Source: Candidatus Heimdallarchaeum endolithica
GTDB taxonomy: Archaea > Asgardarchaeota > Heimdallarchaeia > Heimdallarchaeales > Heimdallarchaeaceae
Direction of reading: 5' to 3'
Assembly: GCA_021513715.1 (NCBI GenBank)
Contig: CP084167.1
Location: forward strand, 1,216,001-1,280,000
DNA: 64,000 nt
In this document: positions 1-8,368 of the stretch, piece after piece
Position numbering within the stretch: the first letter of the stretch is position 1
How the letters are laid out: every line of letters starts with the position of its first letter
Notes under the pieces: model-generated
The model's input: only the letters and a program-made list of their open reading frames with translations
What the model was told of the DNA's origin: nothing
Databases searched by the model: none
Program-made: the position numbers and the translations under genes

Positions 1-239
1 TCCTTTTCTCCTTTCAACCATGGACCAATAAATTTCTTGATTATATACGTAACTGAATTATTTGTTTCTGGAGAATACCAAGGACCTGTATCAGTTACGC
101 TTTCACCCCATCCACTTTGATCTCCTGACTGAAGTTTAGTTAAAACAATTTCTCTTGTTTTTTGGACACCAAAACTTGTTCTAAAAGGTCTTTTCAAATT
201 CATAATTATTGTATAAATGGTGATAGAGTCTATTTTCAT
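1..239 (-). CDS. menC: o-succinylbenzoate synthase / N-succinylamino acid racemase (enolase superfamily); N-terminal part only, runs off the window
   Basis: Manual translation from ATG at 239: MKIDSITIYTIIMNLKRPFRTSFGVQKTREIVLTKLQSGDQSGWGESVTDTGPWYSPET. PFRTSFG, GWGE and PxYSxET are OSBS/NSAR motifs. Confidence 0.85.
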   Translation of the reverse strand, partial: MKIDSITIYTIIMNLKRPFRTSFGVQKTREIVLTKLQSGDQSGWGESVTDTGPWYSPETNNSVTYIIKKFIGPWLKGEK

Positions 240-307
240 TTCAAGATAACACTCTATCTTGTTTTATAACAATTATGATTTACTTTTTTACAAACATCTC
301 TTTTAAG

Positions 308-363
308 TGTCGATAAAAAACATAGACAGTCCTTGAAAATGTCGATAAAAAATATCGACATTT
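308..363. promoter_or_regulatory. Tandem palindromic operator-like sites
   Basis: Perfect inverted repeat AAATGTCGATA-N5-TATCGACATTT (337-363) and a degenerate copy TGTCGATAAAAAACATAGACA (308-328) 32 bp upstream. Confidence 0.5.
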
Positions 364-372
364 CTCTGAAAA

Positions 373-1215
373 TTAAAGTTCAAAATTTTTTTGCAAGACA
401 TAATAAGTCTCTATTTCCTCTGGATTCTTCATTACATAGAGATCCACAATAGTATAATTTTTCTTCAAGTAATGTTGGAAAACTTTTCTTGTCTTCATTC
501 TCCATTCTATTGCTAAAGAGTTATTTTCTTTCTTTATTTCATTAATGTTTGGGGGTATTCTTACAAACAGCAAATCTTTGCTAATATTTAGTTTTAAATC
601 AGTAGGATGTAAAAAATTGTCTTTTCTTTCAGCAGATAAAACTAAATTTGCAGATTTCAATGAGCTAGAATAATCATCAAACTTACTTTGAAGTCTATCT
701 TCCACTCTTCTACTTTCTATATACCAGTTTACATAGAATCTATCTGTCGGTAACCCTATATTCTCTGCATCATGCATTTCGCCCCAGTAATTCTCCTTAT
801 AAGTGTTACATACTGCCCCTAACTTGTGAAGATTTAGAAACGCATTCTTACTTTGTAAAGGATCAAAAGTCCAGTTAATTAATTTAAATTCCTTTTTTAT
901 AGCCCATTTTCTCTGCTCTATCTTTAACTTAAAACCTAAACCTAGATTCTGGTAAGCTTTTTTTACTGCATTGTGATGAGAGTAAATAAAAAAGCCGTAT
1001 TCAGGAAGATTACCTACCCATCCCCACACATAACCTATGAGTTCATTTTTATCATAAGCACCAATGAGAACAGCGCCACTCCTTTTAGTTGCTTTGAATA
1101 ATCTCCTTGGAACTAATTCTAGATCAGGCATACCCCAAGCTTCTCTCTCAATATTCTCTATTTTGCTAAAACTTTCTTCATCTTCTATCTCTTTGAAAAT
1201 GATTTCACTAGACAT
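373..1215 (-). CDS. GNAT-family N-acyltransferase (D-amino acid N-succinyltransferase-like)
   Basis: YSHHNAV..YQNLGLGFKLK..Q, WTFDPLQSKNAFLN.HKLG and PTDRF motifs; directly upstream of the OSBS/NSAR gene. Confidence 0.85.
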   Translation of the reverse strand: MSSEIIFKEIEDEESFSKIENIEREAWGMPDLELVPRRLFKATKRSGAVLIGAYDKNELIGYVWGWVGNLPEYGFFIYSHHNAVKKAYQNLGLGFKLKIEQRKWAIKKEFKLINWTFDPLQSKNAFLNLHKLGAVCNTYKENYWGEMHDAENIGLPTDRFYVNWYIESRRVEDRLQSKFDDYSSSLKSANLVLSAERKDNFLHPTDLKLNISKDLLFVRIPPNINEIKKENNSLAIEWRMKTRKVFQHYLKKNYTIVDLYVMKNPEEIETYYVLQKNFEL

Positions 1216-1267
1216 AAAATCAAATTAAAAATAATAGAAGAGGATATAAACGTTTACGAAAAGGATA

Positions 1268-2257
1268 TTAAGGTATGAGTCCCCAGAAAAAGGATTCTAA
1301 AAGCTTTGTTTTGAACTCTTTAGTAGTAGAGTAACTTGAGGAGAAGAAAGCTACATTTTCAAGAATATCTTGCAAATTGTTGAAAAATTCACCATACTCT
1401 TCACTTAGTTTTTCAATATCGACATAATAACGGATTAAAACACCTATTTTTTTCAAGTTTTTTTTCTTAATTAATGAATCTTTGAGTGATGTATATTTCT
1501 CTTTCATAATGTCTAGCATCAATAGAAGAACTTCTTGCTCATTTGCAATATCACTATCAAGCTCTTCTAAAGGAATAATTGAAAATTGGAAGGTTTTAGT
1601 TTTTATTATTCCAATCTCATTCTCAAATTTAACAAAAGAAAAAGGTAACGTTAAGAGGAAAGAAGCAAATGAGTTTTTTATTTTTTCTACTTCCTTTTTA
1701 GAATAAACTAAAGCTATTTTTTTAACTTTGGTTTTAAATAACCCTTTACTAATAAGTTCTTTCAATTCTTGAGCAAGGAGATTTGCCTGTGATACACTTA
1801 ATAATTCTTTTACTATACCTTCATATTCGTTAACGATACTCGTTAATAGTTTTTCATCTACTTGATCTATTGATTTAATGTTATGAAACTTATATATTAA
1901 TAATTTAGCAAACTCTTCTCTAAAATCATCTATCTTACTTACTATTTCAGGAACAAGACAAAGCAACAATCCTATTGTTTTCTTTTTCATTCTTTTATCT
2001 TGCATTGTAGGATCATCAACTAAGAAGGAGAAAGCATATTGGACAAAACCTTCAGAAAAAGCAAAAGGAAATGGTCCATATAATTCAGAACAAATCTCTT
2101 CTAGATCAACTACTCCTTGAAAAACAAGTGAATAAGTCATAGCTCCAGAAAACTCAAATTTGTCTATTATTTCTCCTTCAAATTGTGTCTCTTCTGATGA
2201 TACCATTTGAGTTAATGCAGGACCTATATCTTCTAATTTAAACAATGCTATAAGCAT
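1268..2257 (-). CDS. Hypothetical protein; possible longin/uDENN-like N-terminus and degenerate small-GTPase-like C-terminus
   Basis: 329-aa ORF. N-terminal F..ED.GP...LYGPFP...FSF..DD...D.R pattern; C-terminal strand/helix spacing resembles Ras-like folds, but there is no P-loop. Domain calls are tentative. Confidence 0.7.
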   Translation of the reverse strand: MLIALFKLEDIGPALTQMVSSEETQFEGEIIDKFEFSGAMTYSLVFQGVVDLEEICSELYGPFPFAFSEGFVQYAFSFLVDDPTMQDKRMKKKTIGLLLCLVPEIVSKIDDFREEFAKLLIYKFHNIKSIDQVDEKLLTSIVNEYEGIVKELLSVSQANLLAQELKELISKGLFKTKVKKIALVYSKKEVEKIKNSFASFLLTLPFSFVKFENEIGIIKTKTFQFSIIPLEELDSDIANEQEVLLLMLDIMKEKYTSLKDSLIKKKNLKKIGVLIRYYVDIEKLSEEYGEFFNNLQDILENVAFFSSSYSTTKEFKTKLLESFFWGLIP

Positions 2258-2277
2258 AATTATAACTATTTGAAAAA

Positions 2278-2360
2278 GAGTATTAAAACTTTACAGTACT
2301 TTGAAAAAAAGGAAAATGAGTATTAAAACTTTACAGTACTTTGAAAAAAAGGAAAATGAG
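2278..2360. repeat. Perfect 40-bp tandem duplication
   Basis: TATTAAAACTTTACAGTACTTTGAAAAAAAGGAAAATGAG at 2281-2320 and 2321-2360, preceded by GAG microhomology. Confidence 0.95.
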
Positions 2361-2377
2361 AGAAATTATTAAACGAA

Positions 2378-3400
2378 CTACTTTTTCTTTTTAATTAATA
2401 ACCATGAAGCTAATGAAAGTAACATAAGAGAGAAAAATGCACTGATGAACGGAAATGAAGTACTCTCCGTGAAATTTTCTGGATTTTGAAGTGTATAAAT
2501 ATCATATTCAATTAATGAAATGTAGGAAGTTAATCCAAAAGCAGGTAACAATGGAGATAGCGAAGCAATTTTTGCTCCTGTTTCACTCACAATCTGGCTT
2601 ATTACATTTGCATCAAATTGAGGTTGAACAACTATAGTTTTCACATTTTCTTCTTTCATCTCATTTATTACATTCTGTATATGCTCTGGACTAGGCTCGG
2701 TTTCATGTTGTTCTTCAATTATTGCAACTCTTTCAATACCTAAAAGGTCAAAAAGATACATAAAAGAGGGGTGATGTACAACAACTTTCAGTCCTTCAAC
2801 TTCAGGCTTGTATTCATCATTTATTCTTTTTATTAAGTCATCAAGATCATACAGATAGTTATCTCTATTAGAAAGGTATTTTTCTTCATTTTCAGGGTCT
2901 AAGGAAATAATTGTTGTAGTAATGTTTTTCACAAAACTTTTAGCATATATTGGGCTCATCCACACATGAGGGTTAAGAAAACTTTCATCTGCTGCTGGAT
3001 CTTCTTCCATTATACTCTCATTAGCTAACGTTATAACAACCAAATCAAGATTATCCTCTAATATTGAATCCATAGCAGAGGAGAGCCAAGATTCTAATCC
3101 TTCTATTCCTAAACGTATAAGAACATCTGCTTCTGAAATTAATTCTCTCTCTTGGGTAGTCATTTCATAAGTGTGAGGATCTTCTAGACCAGAAACAATA
3201 GAGATAGGAGTGAATAAACCTTTACCAATTTCGTAAGCCCAATTTTGTAATATACCTATTGTTGTAACGACATTTAAGGTGTCACTTGGGTTAAATTCTT
3301 GTTTTGGCAATGCTAAAGCAAGATTCCTCTCTGTATTAAGATTTGCAAACATTAATGCTGTGAAGATTAAGAAAAAAGCCATTATTCTTTTTTTATTCAT
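2378..3400 (-). CDS. Zn/Mn ABC transporter substrate-binding protein (ZnuA/TroA family) with C-terminal membrane anchor
   Basis: EDPHTYE, NPHVWMSP, HPSFMY and EPSPEH motifs; signal peptide; C-terminal TM segment plus KKKK. Confidence 0.93.
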   Translation of the reverse strand: MNKKRIMAFFLIFTALMFANLNTERNLALALPKQEFNPSDTLNVVTTIGILQNWAYEIGKGLFTPISIVSGLEDPHTYEMTTQERELISEADVLIRLGIEGLESWLSSAMDSILEDNLDLVVITLANESIMEEDPAADESFLNPHVWMSPIYAKSFVKNITTTIISLDPENEEKYLSNRDNYLYDLDDLIKRINDEYKPEVEGLKVVVHHPSFMYLFDLLGIERVAIIEEQHETEPSPEHIQNVINEMKEENVKTIVVQPQFDANVISQIVSETGAKIASLSPLLPAFGLTSYISLIEYDIYTLQNPENFTESTSFPFISAFFSLMLLSLASWLLIKKKK

Positions 3401-3412
3401 TTGATTTCCTCC

Positions 3413-3434
3413 TATTTACGACTCTTCGTAAATA
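3413..3434. promoter_or_regulatory. Palindromic operator between divergent metal-uptake genes (candidate DtxR/MntR box)
   Basis: TATTTACGA-CTCT-TCGTAAATA, a perfect 9-bp inverted repeat in the 65-bp divergent intergenic region. Confidence 0.65.
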
Positions 3435-3465
3435 TTTCAATAAAACAAAATTTATAAACTTTACT

Positions 3466-3942
3466 TTGTTTCAATTTATTGAGAAGGTGATAAATTTGAT
3501 CTTAGAGAATGATCAGCAAGTGGAAATTTCAATTAATGAAAAAATTATTTTAGATTTTCTCTATCGTTGGATACGTCCTATCCGCGTTGGAGACTTAAAA
3601 AATTATCTAAACGTAAAACATTCCACTCTTAACTCACAACTTCAAAATTTGGAAGAAAAACATTTGATTAAATGGAAAAGATATGGAAGTGTAGAACTTA
3701 CAGAAAAAGGAAAGAAATATTCTTCACATTTAACTCGCCATCACAGGATTTTAGAATTGTTTCTTGTTGAAACTCTTGCTATTTCTGTTTTAGAAGCTCA
3801 CAAGATAAGTACAGAAATAACTCCTGTTGCGAGTTGTAAATTTATTCACTATATTGTGCAAAAATTTGGCGAACATGATAAATGTCCTTGTGGAAATGAA
3901 ATCCCCCAGATCGAAGGGGAATGTTCAATTGGAGGGATATAA
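3466..3942 (+). CDS. DtxR/MntR-family metal-dependent transcriptional regulator
   Basis: HTH followed by YGSVELTEKGK, RHHRILELFL and C-terminal CPCGNEIP. True start may be TTG at about 3496 after GGTGA. Confidence 0.9.
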   Translation: MFQFIEKVINLILENDQQVEISINEKIILDFLYRWIRPIRVGDLKNYLNVKHSTLNSQLQNLEEKHLIKWKRYGSVELTEKGKKYSSHLTRHHRILELFLVETLAISVLEAHKISTEITPVASCKFIHYIVQKFGEHDKCPCGNEIPQIEGECSIGGI

Positions 3943-4965
3943 ATGGGTTCGTTTCTTGATTTTTTTTATGCATTAGCAAATTATAGTTGGATGCAGAGGG
4001 CTTTTTATACAGCCTTAATTGTAGGAATTGTTGGTGGTATTATTGGAGTTTTTATTCTATTGAAAGGAATGGTTTTTTTAGGTCAAGCGATTGCTCATAC
4101 TGCTTTTGCTGGTGCTGCACTCGCCATATTACTAGGAATTGAACCTTTATACATTATCATAGTTTTTGGAGTTATTGCAGCATTGGGTGTAGGTTATGTT
4201 AATGAAAAGAAAGTAATGAAAGAGGATATAATTATTGGGGTAATATTCACTTTTTTCATGGCTTTAGCTATAATATTTATCACTCTAAACAAGAAATACA
4301 GTACTGACGTTAATGCTATCTTGTTTGGTAACATTTTATTGGTTTCAAAGCTTAACTTCATTGTTCTACTTATAACATTAGGTATTGTTGGAATTTTGAT
4401 TCTTGGTCTAAAGAAAGAATATTATCTCATAACATTTAACTCTGAAATAGCTACAGTCTCAGGAGTACCAGTAAAATTATTAGATTACCTTTTACTTGTT
4501 CTACTAGCTTTAACAATCGATGTATCTCTAAAAGCCATCGGGGCGATTTTAGTTTTCGCTATGATTGTCACACCTGCTGCAGCTGCTTATCAATGGACTT
4601 TTAAGATTAACAAAATGCTTTTACTCTCTTCAATAATCGGAGTGATTTCTAGTATTGGAGGACTTTTTCTATCTTATCTCTTAAATTTGTCCAGTGGTGC
4701 TACTATAGTTAGCTTATCCACTTTAATTTTCCTTTTTTCCTTTCTAGTTTCGCCAAAACGTATCAAAACAGGTTTTACTACAGCAGAATGCAAATTCTGT
4801 AGACATGTAATCAACGGTGAAAGTTATTGTTTAGATGAACCAGAGTGTAGAGCTCTAGATATACCTCATTACCATGATGATAAAGGAATAATTATTCTGA
4901 AAAAGGACATTAGACCTCTTTCTACTCTAACAAGACACAAACATGATAAAAAGGAGGAAAAATAG
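3943..4965 (+). CDS. Metal ABC transporter permease (ZnuB/MntB family) with Cys/His-rich C-terminal tail
   Basis: AIAHTAFAG, LFGNILLV and LKAIGAILVFAMIVTPAAAA motifs; abuts the flanking genes. Confidence 0.93.
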   Translation: MGSFLDFFYALANYSWMQRAFYTALIVGIVGGIIGVFILLKGMVFLGQAIAHTAFAGAALAILLGIEPLYIIIVFGVIAALGVGYVNEKKVMKEDIIIGVIFTFFMALAIIFITLNKKYSTDVNAILFGNILLVSKLNFIVLLITLGIVGILILGLKKEYYLITFNSEIATVSGVPVKLLDYLLLVLLALTIDVSLKAIGAILVFAMIVTPAAAAYQWTFKINKMLLLSSIIGVISSIGGLFLSYLLNLSSGATIVSLSTLIFLFSFLVSPKRIKTGFTTAECKFCRHVINGESYCLDEPECRALDIPHYHDDKGIIILKKDIRPLSTLTRHKHDKKEEK

Positions 4966-5733
4966 ATGCAGCTTAAACAGGAGTCTAATAAAATTTTAAG
5001 TAAAGATCATCCTGAGGTAATTGTCTGTCTCAAAGATGTCTCTGTTGCTTATGGTAAAAATATAGCTTTATACAAAATTAACTTAGATATAGAAAAAGGT
5101 GATTTTATAGGAATTGTTGGCCCCAATGGAAGTGGAAAAACTACTTTACTAAAAACTGTTCTTGGTTTAATTAAACCTATCCAAGGAAACATTAATCTAT
5201 TCAATCAGCAAATCAGTGGTAAAATACCAAGAGAGATTAAAAACAAAATAAGCTATATTCCTCAATTTACTCCTTTTGATAAGAACTTTCCTGCATTAGT
5301 TGAAGATGTTGTTATGATGGGAAGATATAGCAAAATAGGGATGTTTAGGATGCCTAATAAGGAAGATAAGGAAAAGGTAAAACAGTCATTAAAACTTGTT
5401 AAAATGGACAACATGGCGCATAGACCTATAGGTCACCTGAGTGGAGGTCAACAACAAAAAGTTATGATAGCTCAAGCTCTTGCCACTTCCCCCTCTATTC
5501 TCTTACTTGATGAGCCCACATCAGCTTTAGACTTTAAAATGACTAAAAACGTGATGGATATTCTTAAACAACTTAATGAAAGATATGGAATTACAATTGT
5601 AACAATTCATCATAATTTAAGGATAATCAAGAGCTATACTAAACGAGTGATTGCTATTAACAAAACTCTTGTTTATGATGGTTCACCTAATGACGCCTTA
5701 TTTGACGAGATAATAGAAGAGATGTACATTTAA
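4966..5733 (+). CDS. Metal ABC transporter ATP-binding protein (ZnuC/MntA family)
   Basis: GPNGSGKT Walker A, LSGGQQQK signature, LLLDEPT Walker B, YIPQ. Confidence 0.95.
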   Translation: MQLKQESNKILSKDHPEVIVCLKDVSVAYGKNIALYKINLDIEKGDFIGIVGPNGSGKTTLLKTVLGLIKPIQGNINLFNQQISGKIPREIKNKISYIPQFTPFDKNFPALVEDVVMMGRYSKIGMFRMPNKEDKEKVKQSLKLVKMDNMAHRPIGHLSGGQQQKVMIAQALATSPSILLLDEPTSALDFKMTKNVMDILKQLNERYGITIVTIHHNLRIIKSYTKRVIAINKTLVYDGSPNDALFDEIIEEMYI

Positions 5734-5750
5734 CCCTTTTTCTTTATTTT

Positions 5751-5860
5751 TAGTACTTCCGCAATAAGTTGACCGATTTCTATAGGTTAAAATTATAGGC
5801 GTTCATACTATCATTGGCGTGTTCTCAATTCATACTTTTTGAGATAATTCGGAAGTACTA
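5751..5860. mobile_element. 110-bp MITE-like remnant with 11-bp terminal inverted repeats
   Basis: TAGTACTTCCG (5751-5761) and CGGAAGTACTA (5850-5860); the terminal TA could be a TA target duplication. Confidence 0.45.
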
Positions 5861-5929
5861 TATTTTTCAAAAATATTTATATTCCACCACCTAATAGTTA
5901 TCAAATATCTCTAAAAACAGATACAAAAA

Positions 5930-6070
5930 ATGATTGCAATGGATAGTGGATTTATTGCTTTATTAATTATCATTGTGATTAGCGGATCATTACTAATTTA
6001 TGATCTATTTAGATTTTTTATTATAATAAAAAAAGAGATTACGAGAAAAAAAAATGTCCCAGAAAACTGA
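5930..6070 (+). CDS. Putative small single-pass membrane protein (46 aa)
   Basis: MIAMDSGFIALLIIIVISGSLLIYDLFRFFIIIKKEITRKKNVPEN: TM helix plus basic tail; overlaps the nucS start. Confidence 0.35.
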   Translation: MIAMDSGFIALLIIIVISGSLLIYDLFRFFIIIKKEITRKKNVPEN

Positions 6071-6824
6071 ATTTCTTAAACCTATTTTATCAAGTGAATT
6101 GATAACCACCTTAAACGCAGCTATTGGCGAAAGAATGCTAATACTAGCAGGTAGTTGCACAGCTTTTTTTGATGGAAGAATAAAGTCAACTTTAGAATTA
6201 GGAGAAAGAATATTAATAATTAAAAAAGATTTATCCATTCTAATGCATGGAGTTTCAGGTGTAAAACCTTTAAATTGGCAAAAACCAAAACAAGGGCCAA
6301 TTTCATTCCTTAAAGAGAAAAATGAATTAGTTATGCATACAAAAAGGAAAAAAACAGAAGAAGAACTTTGGATCAGATTTCGCTCTATCGATTTTGTTAT
6401 TTTATGGGCAGGTAGTGATTTTTCTTCTTTAGAGATTTATGGAGATGAATCTGATCTTGTTAAATATCTAGTTGAACACCCTTCAATAATTGAAAAAGAT
6501 TTACAAATTCTTTCAACAGAATTTCCTACTGATGTAGGGTATGTTGATATTAAAGCTCTTGATAACAAAAAGAAACTACTCATAATTGAGGTAAAAAAGA
6601 GAAAAACTACTCCTTCAGATGCTTTTCAATTAAAAAGATACAAAGATTATTTCGAGAAAATAGAAAAAAAGAAAGTTCGAGCTATGCTTATTGCTCCTTC
6701 CTTTCCAGACAAGGTGAGAAAGTATTTAGAAAACAATGATTTAGAATCTAAAGAAATTGATTGGAAAACTATCTTTCCCACTATCTCTAGAGAGAAAAAT
6801 GTAAAAATTGATGATTTTTTTTAA
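6054..6824 (+). CDS. nucS: Endonuclease NucS/EndoMS
   Basis: FDGRIKSTL.GERILIIK.D.S.L.H, KPLNWQ, and PD-(D/E)xK-type VDI...IIEVKKR...QLKRY. Confidence 0.93.
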   Translation: MSQKTEFLKPILSSELITTLNAAIGERMLILAGSCTAFFDGRIKSTLELGERILIIKKDLSILMHGVSGVKPLNWQKPKQGPISFLKEKNELVMHTKRKKTEEELWIRFRSIDFVILWAGSDFSSLEIYGDESDLVKYLVEHPSIIEKDLQILSTEFPTDVGYVDIKALDNKKKLLIIEVKKRKTTPSDAFQLKRYKDYFEKIEKKKVRAMLIAPSFPDKVRKYLENNDLESKEIDWKTIFPTISREKNVKIDDFF

Positions 6825-6827
6825 TCT

Positions 6828-7136
6828 TTATTCTCCTATGCATTCAGCTTCAGGAATAATTATCCAAGCAATTATATAGGCTATGAATAATGAAGTCCCA
6901 CTTGCAAAGAAAAGCAATATAGCAAGTAATCTAACTAAAGAAACATCTAAGTTTGAGTAAACAGCAAGTCCAGAGCACACTCCGCCTAGAACTTTATCAT
7001 TAGCACACCTAAACAACTTATGCTGTTGAGAATAAACTGAAGCTGGAACTTCTTGTTGTACTTCAAATTGACGACCACACTTTTGGCAAAACAATGCCCC
7101 TGGAGGGTTTTCTGTCCCACATTGTTCACAAATCAC
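6828..7136 (-). CDS. Zinc-ribbon plus PspC-domain membrane protein
   Basis: CEQCG...FCQKCG zinc ribbon; LFR...DKVLGGVCSGLA...VRL...YIIAWIIIPE PspC motif. Confidence 0.88.
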   Translation of the reverse strand: MICEQCGTENPPGALFCQKCGRQFEVQQEVPASVYSQQHKLFRCANDKVLGGVCSGLAVYSNLDVSLVRLLAILLFFASGTSLFIAYIIAWIIIPEAECIGE

Positions 7137-7352
7137 GATATCACCATCTAATTATGAATATTAAAAAATATAAATCTATGTAAATAAACCCTTTAAGACT
7201 TCACCTATGTTGAAATCTTTAACAAAAAGCAATTATATTGTAATCTTAGAAGTAACTTAATAACAATTTATTTTTAACGATTCTATTTAGGAATAGTCTT
7301 CTATTTAACCCTTAGTAAAATTTTAAATAAAAGCGCAAAGTTCTCTCATCTG

Positions 7353-8366
7353 ATGTCTGATATACCTTTTATTATTATCAATCCTCAAGCTCGTTCTGGC
7401 AAGATAGGAAAAAACCTTGAAAAAATAAAGAAAAAGTTCAAACAATATCTTGGAGAGTTTAAATTCGAATTAACACAATGTCCTTTGGACGAAATAAGGA
7501 TAACAGCTGAAGCTATTGAAAAAGGTTACAAAAAAATACTTGTTTGTGGAGGAGACGGTACAGCTACAAACACAGGAGATGCAATCATAAATTCTGGACA
7601 GAAAGATGTTATTCTGGGTTTAATAAGTGCAGGGAGCATGTGTGACTGGCATAAAACTCATTCAATTCCTTTTGATATGGATAAAAGTTTACAAATCATT
7701 GCAAAAGGATATTATGAATCTTTTCCTGCAATGAAATGCACGGGAGACAAAACTTACTACTCTTTTGACATGGCTGATGGTGGATTCACTGGGGCAGCAG
7801 CTGCAGCAGCACACCATGAAGTGGAGTGGATCAAAAATGGAGACATAAAATACTTATGGTTAGCTCTCAAATATATTTTAGTGTCAAAGAATACTCAAGC
7901 TAAAATAACAATAGATGACAGAAAACCAATCGAGATAAAAGATTTCACCAACCTTATTGTTGCTTTCGGAGACGAAATAGTAGGGTTTAAAGTTCTTCCT
8001 GGAAATGACTATTTTTCAAGAGTAAACAAAGACTTAGGTATTTTTGTTCTTCATAAGCTGAAAGGATTTAGGAGAATTATTATGCTAATTAGAGCTTTAA
8101 GCGCAAAACATGTAGGTAAGAAAGGTGTCTGGTTAACAAGAGGAAAAAAAGTTGTCATAGAAACAGAGAGACCTATCCCTTGGGAGGCAGAAGGAGAGAT
8201 ATTTAATGAAAAATCTCACACAGTAACAATTGAATACATAGATGACGCATTGAAGCTATTCGTTCCAAAGAACAGAACCTACAATGATAAAATAGACGAA
8301 AATATCTATAATGAACCTTTTGAGAATTCATTCAAAAAAAGAAAAGTAGAAATTTATAAAAAATAA
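7353..8366 (+). CDS. Diacylglycerol/lipid kinase family protein
   Basis: IINPQARSG, CGGDGT and late WEAEGE (xxDGE-like) motifs. Confidence 0.85.
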   Translation: MSDIPFIIINPQARSGKIGKNLEKIKKKFKQYLGEFKFELTQCPLDEIRITAEAIEKGYKKILVCGGDGTATNTGDAIINSGQKDVILGLISAGSMCDWHKTHSIPFDMDKSLQIIAKGYYESFPAMKCTGDKTYYSFDMADGGFTGAAAAAAHHEVEWIKNGDIKYLWLALKYILVSKNTQAKITIDDRKPIEIKDFTNLIVAFGDEIVGFKVLPGNDYFSRVNKDLGIFVLHKLKGFRRIIMLIRALSAKHVGKKGVWLTRGKKVVIETERPIPWEAEGEIFNEKSHTVTIEYIDDALKLFVPKNRTYNDKIDENIYNEPFENSFKKRKVEIYKK

Positions 8367-8368
8367 TT

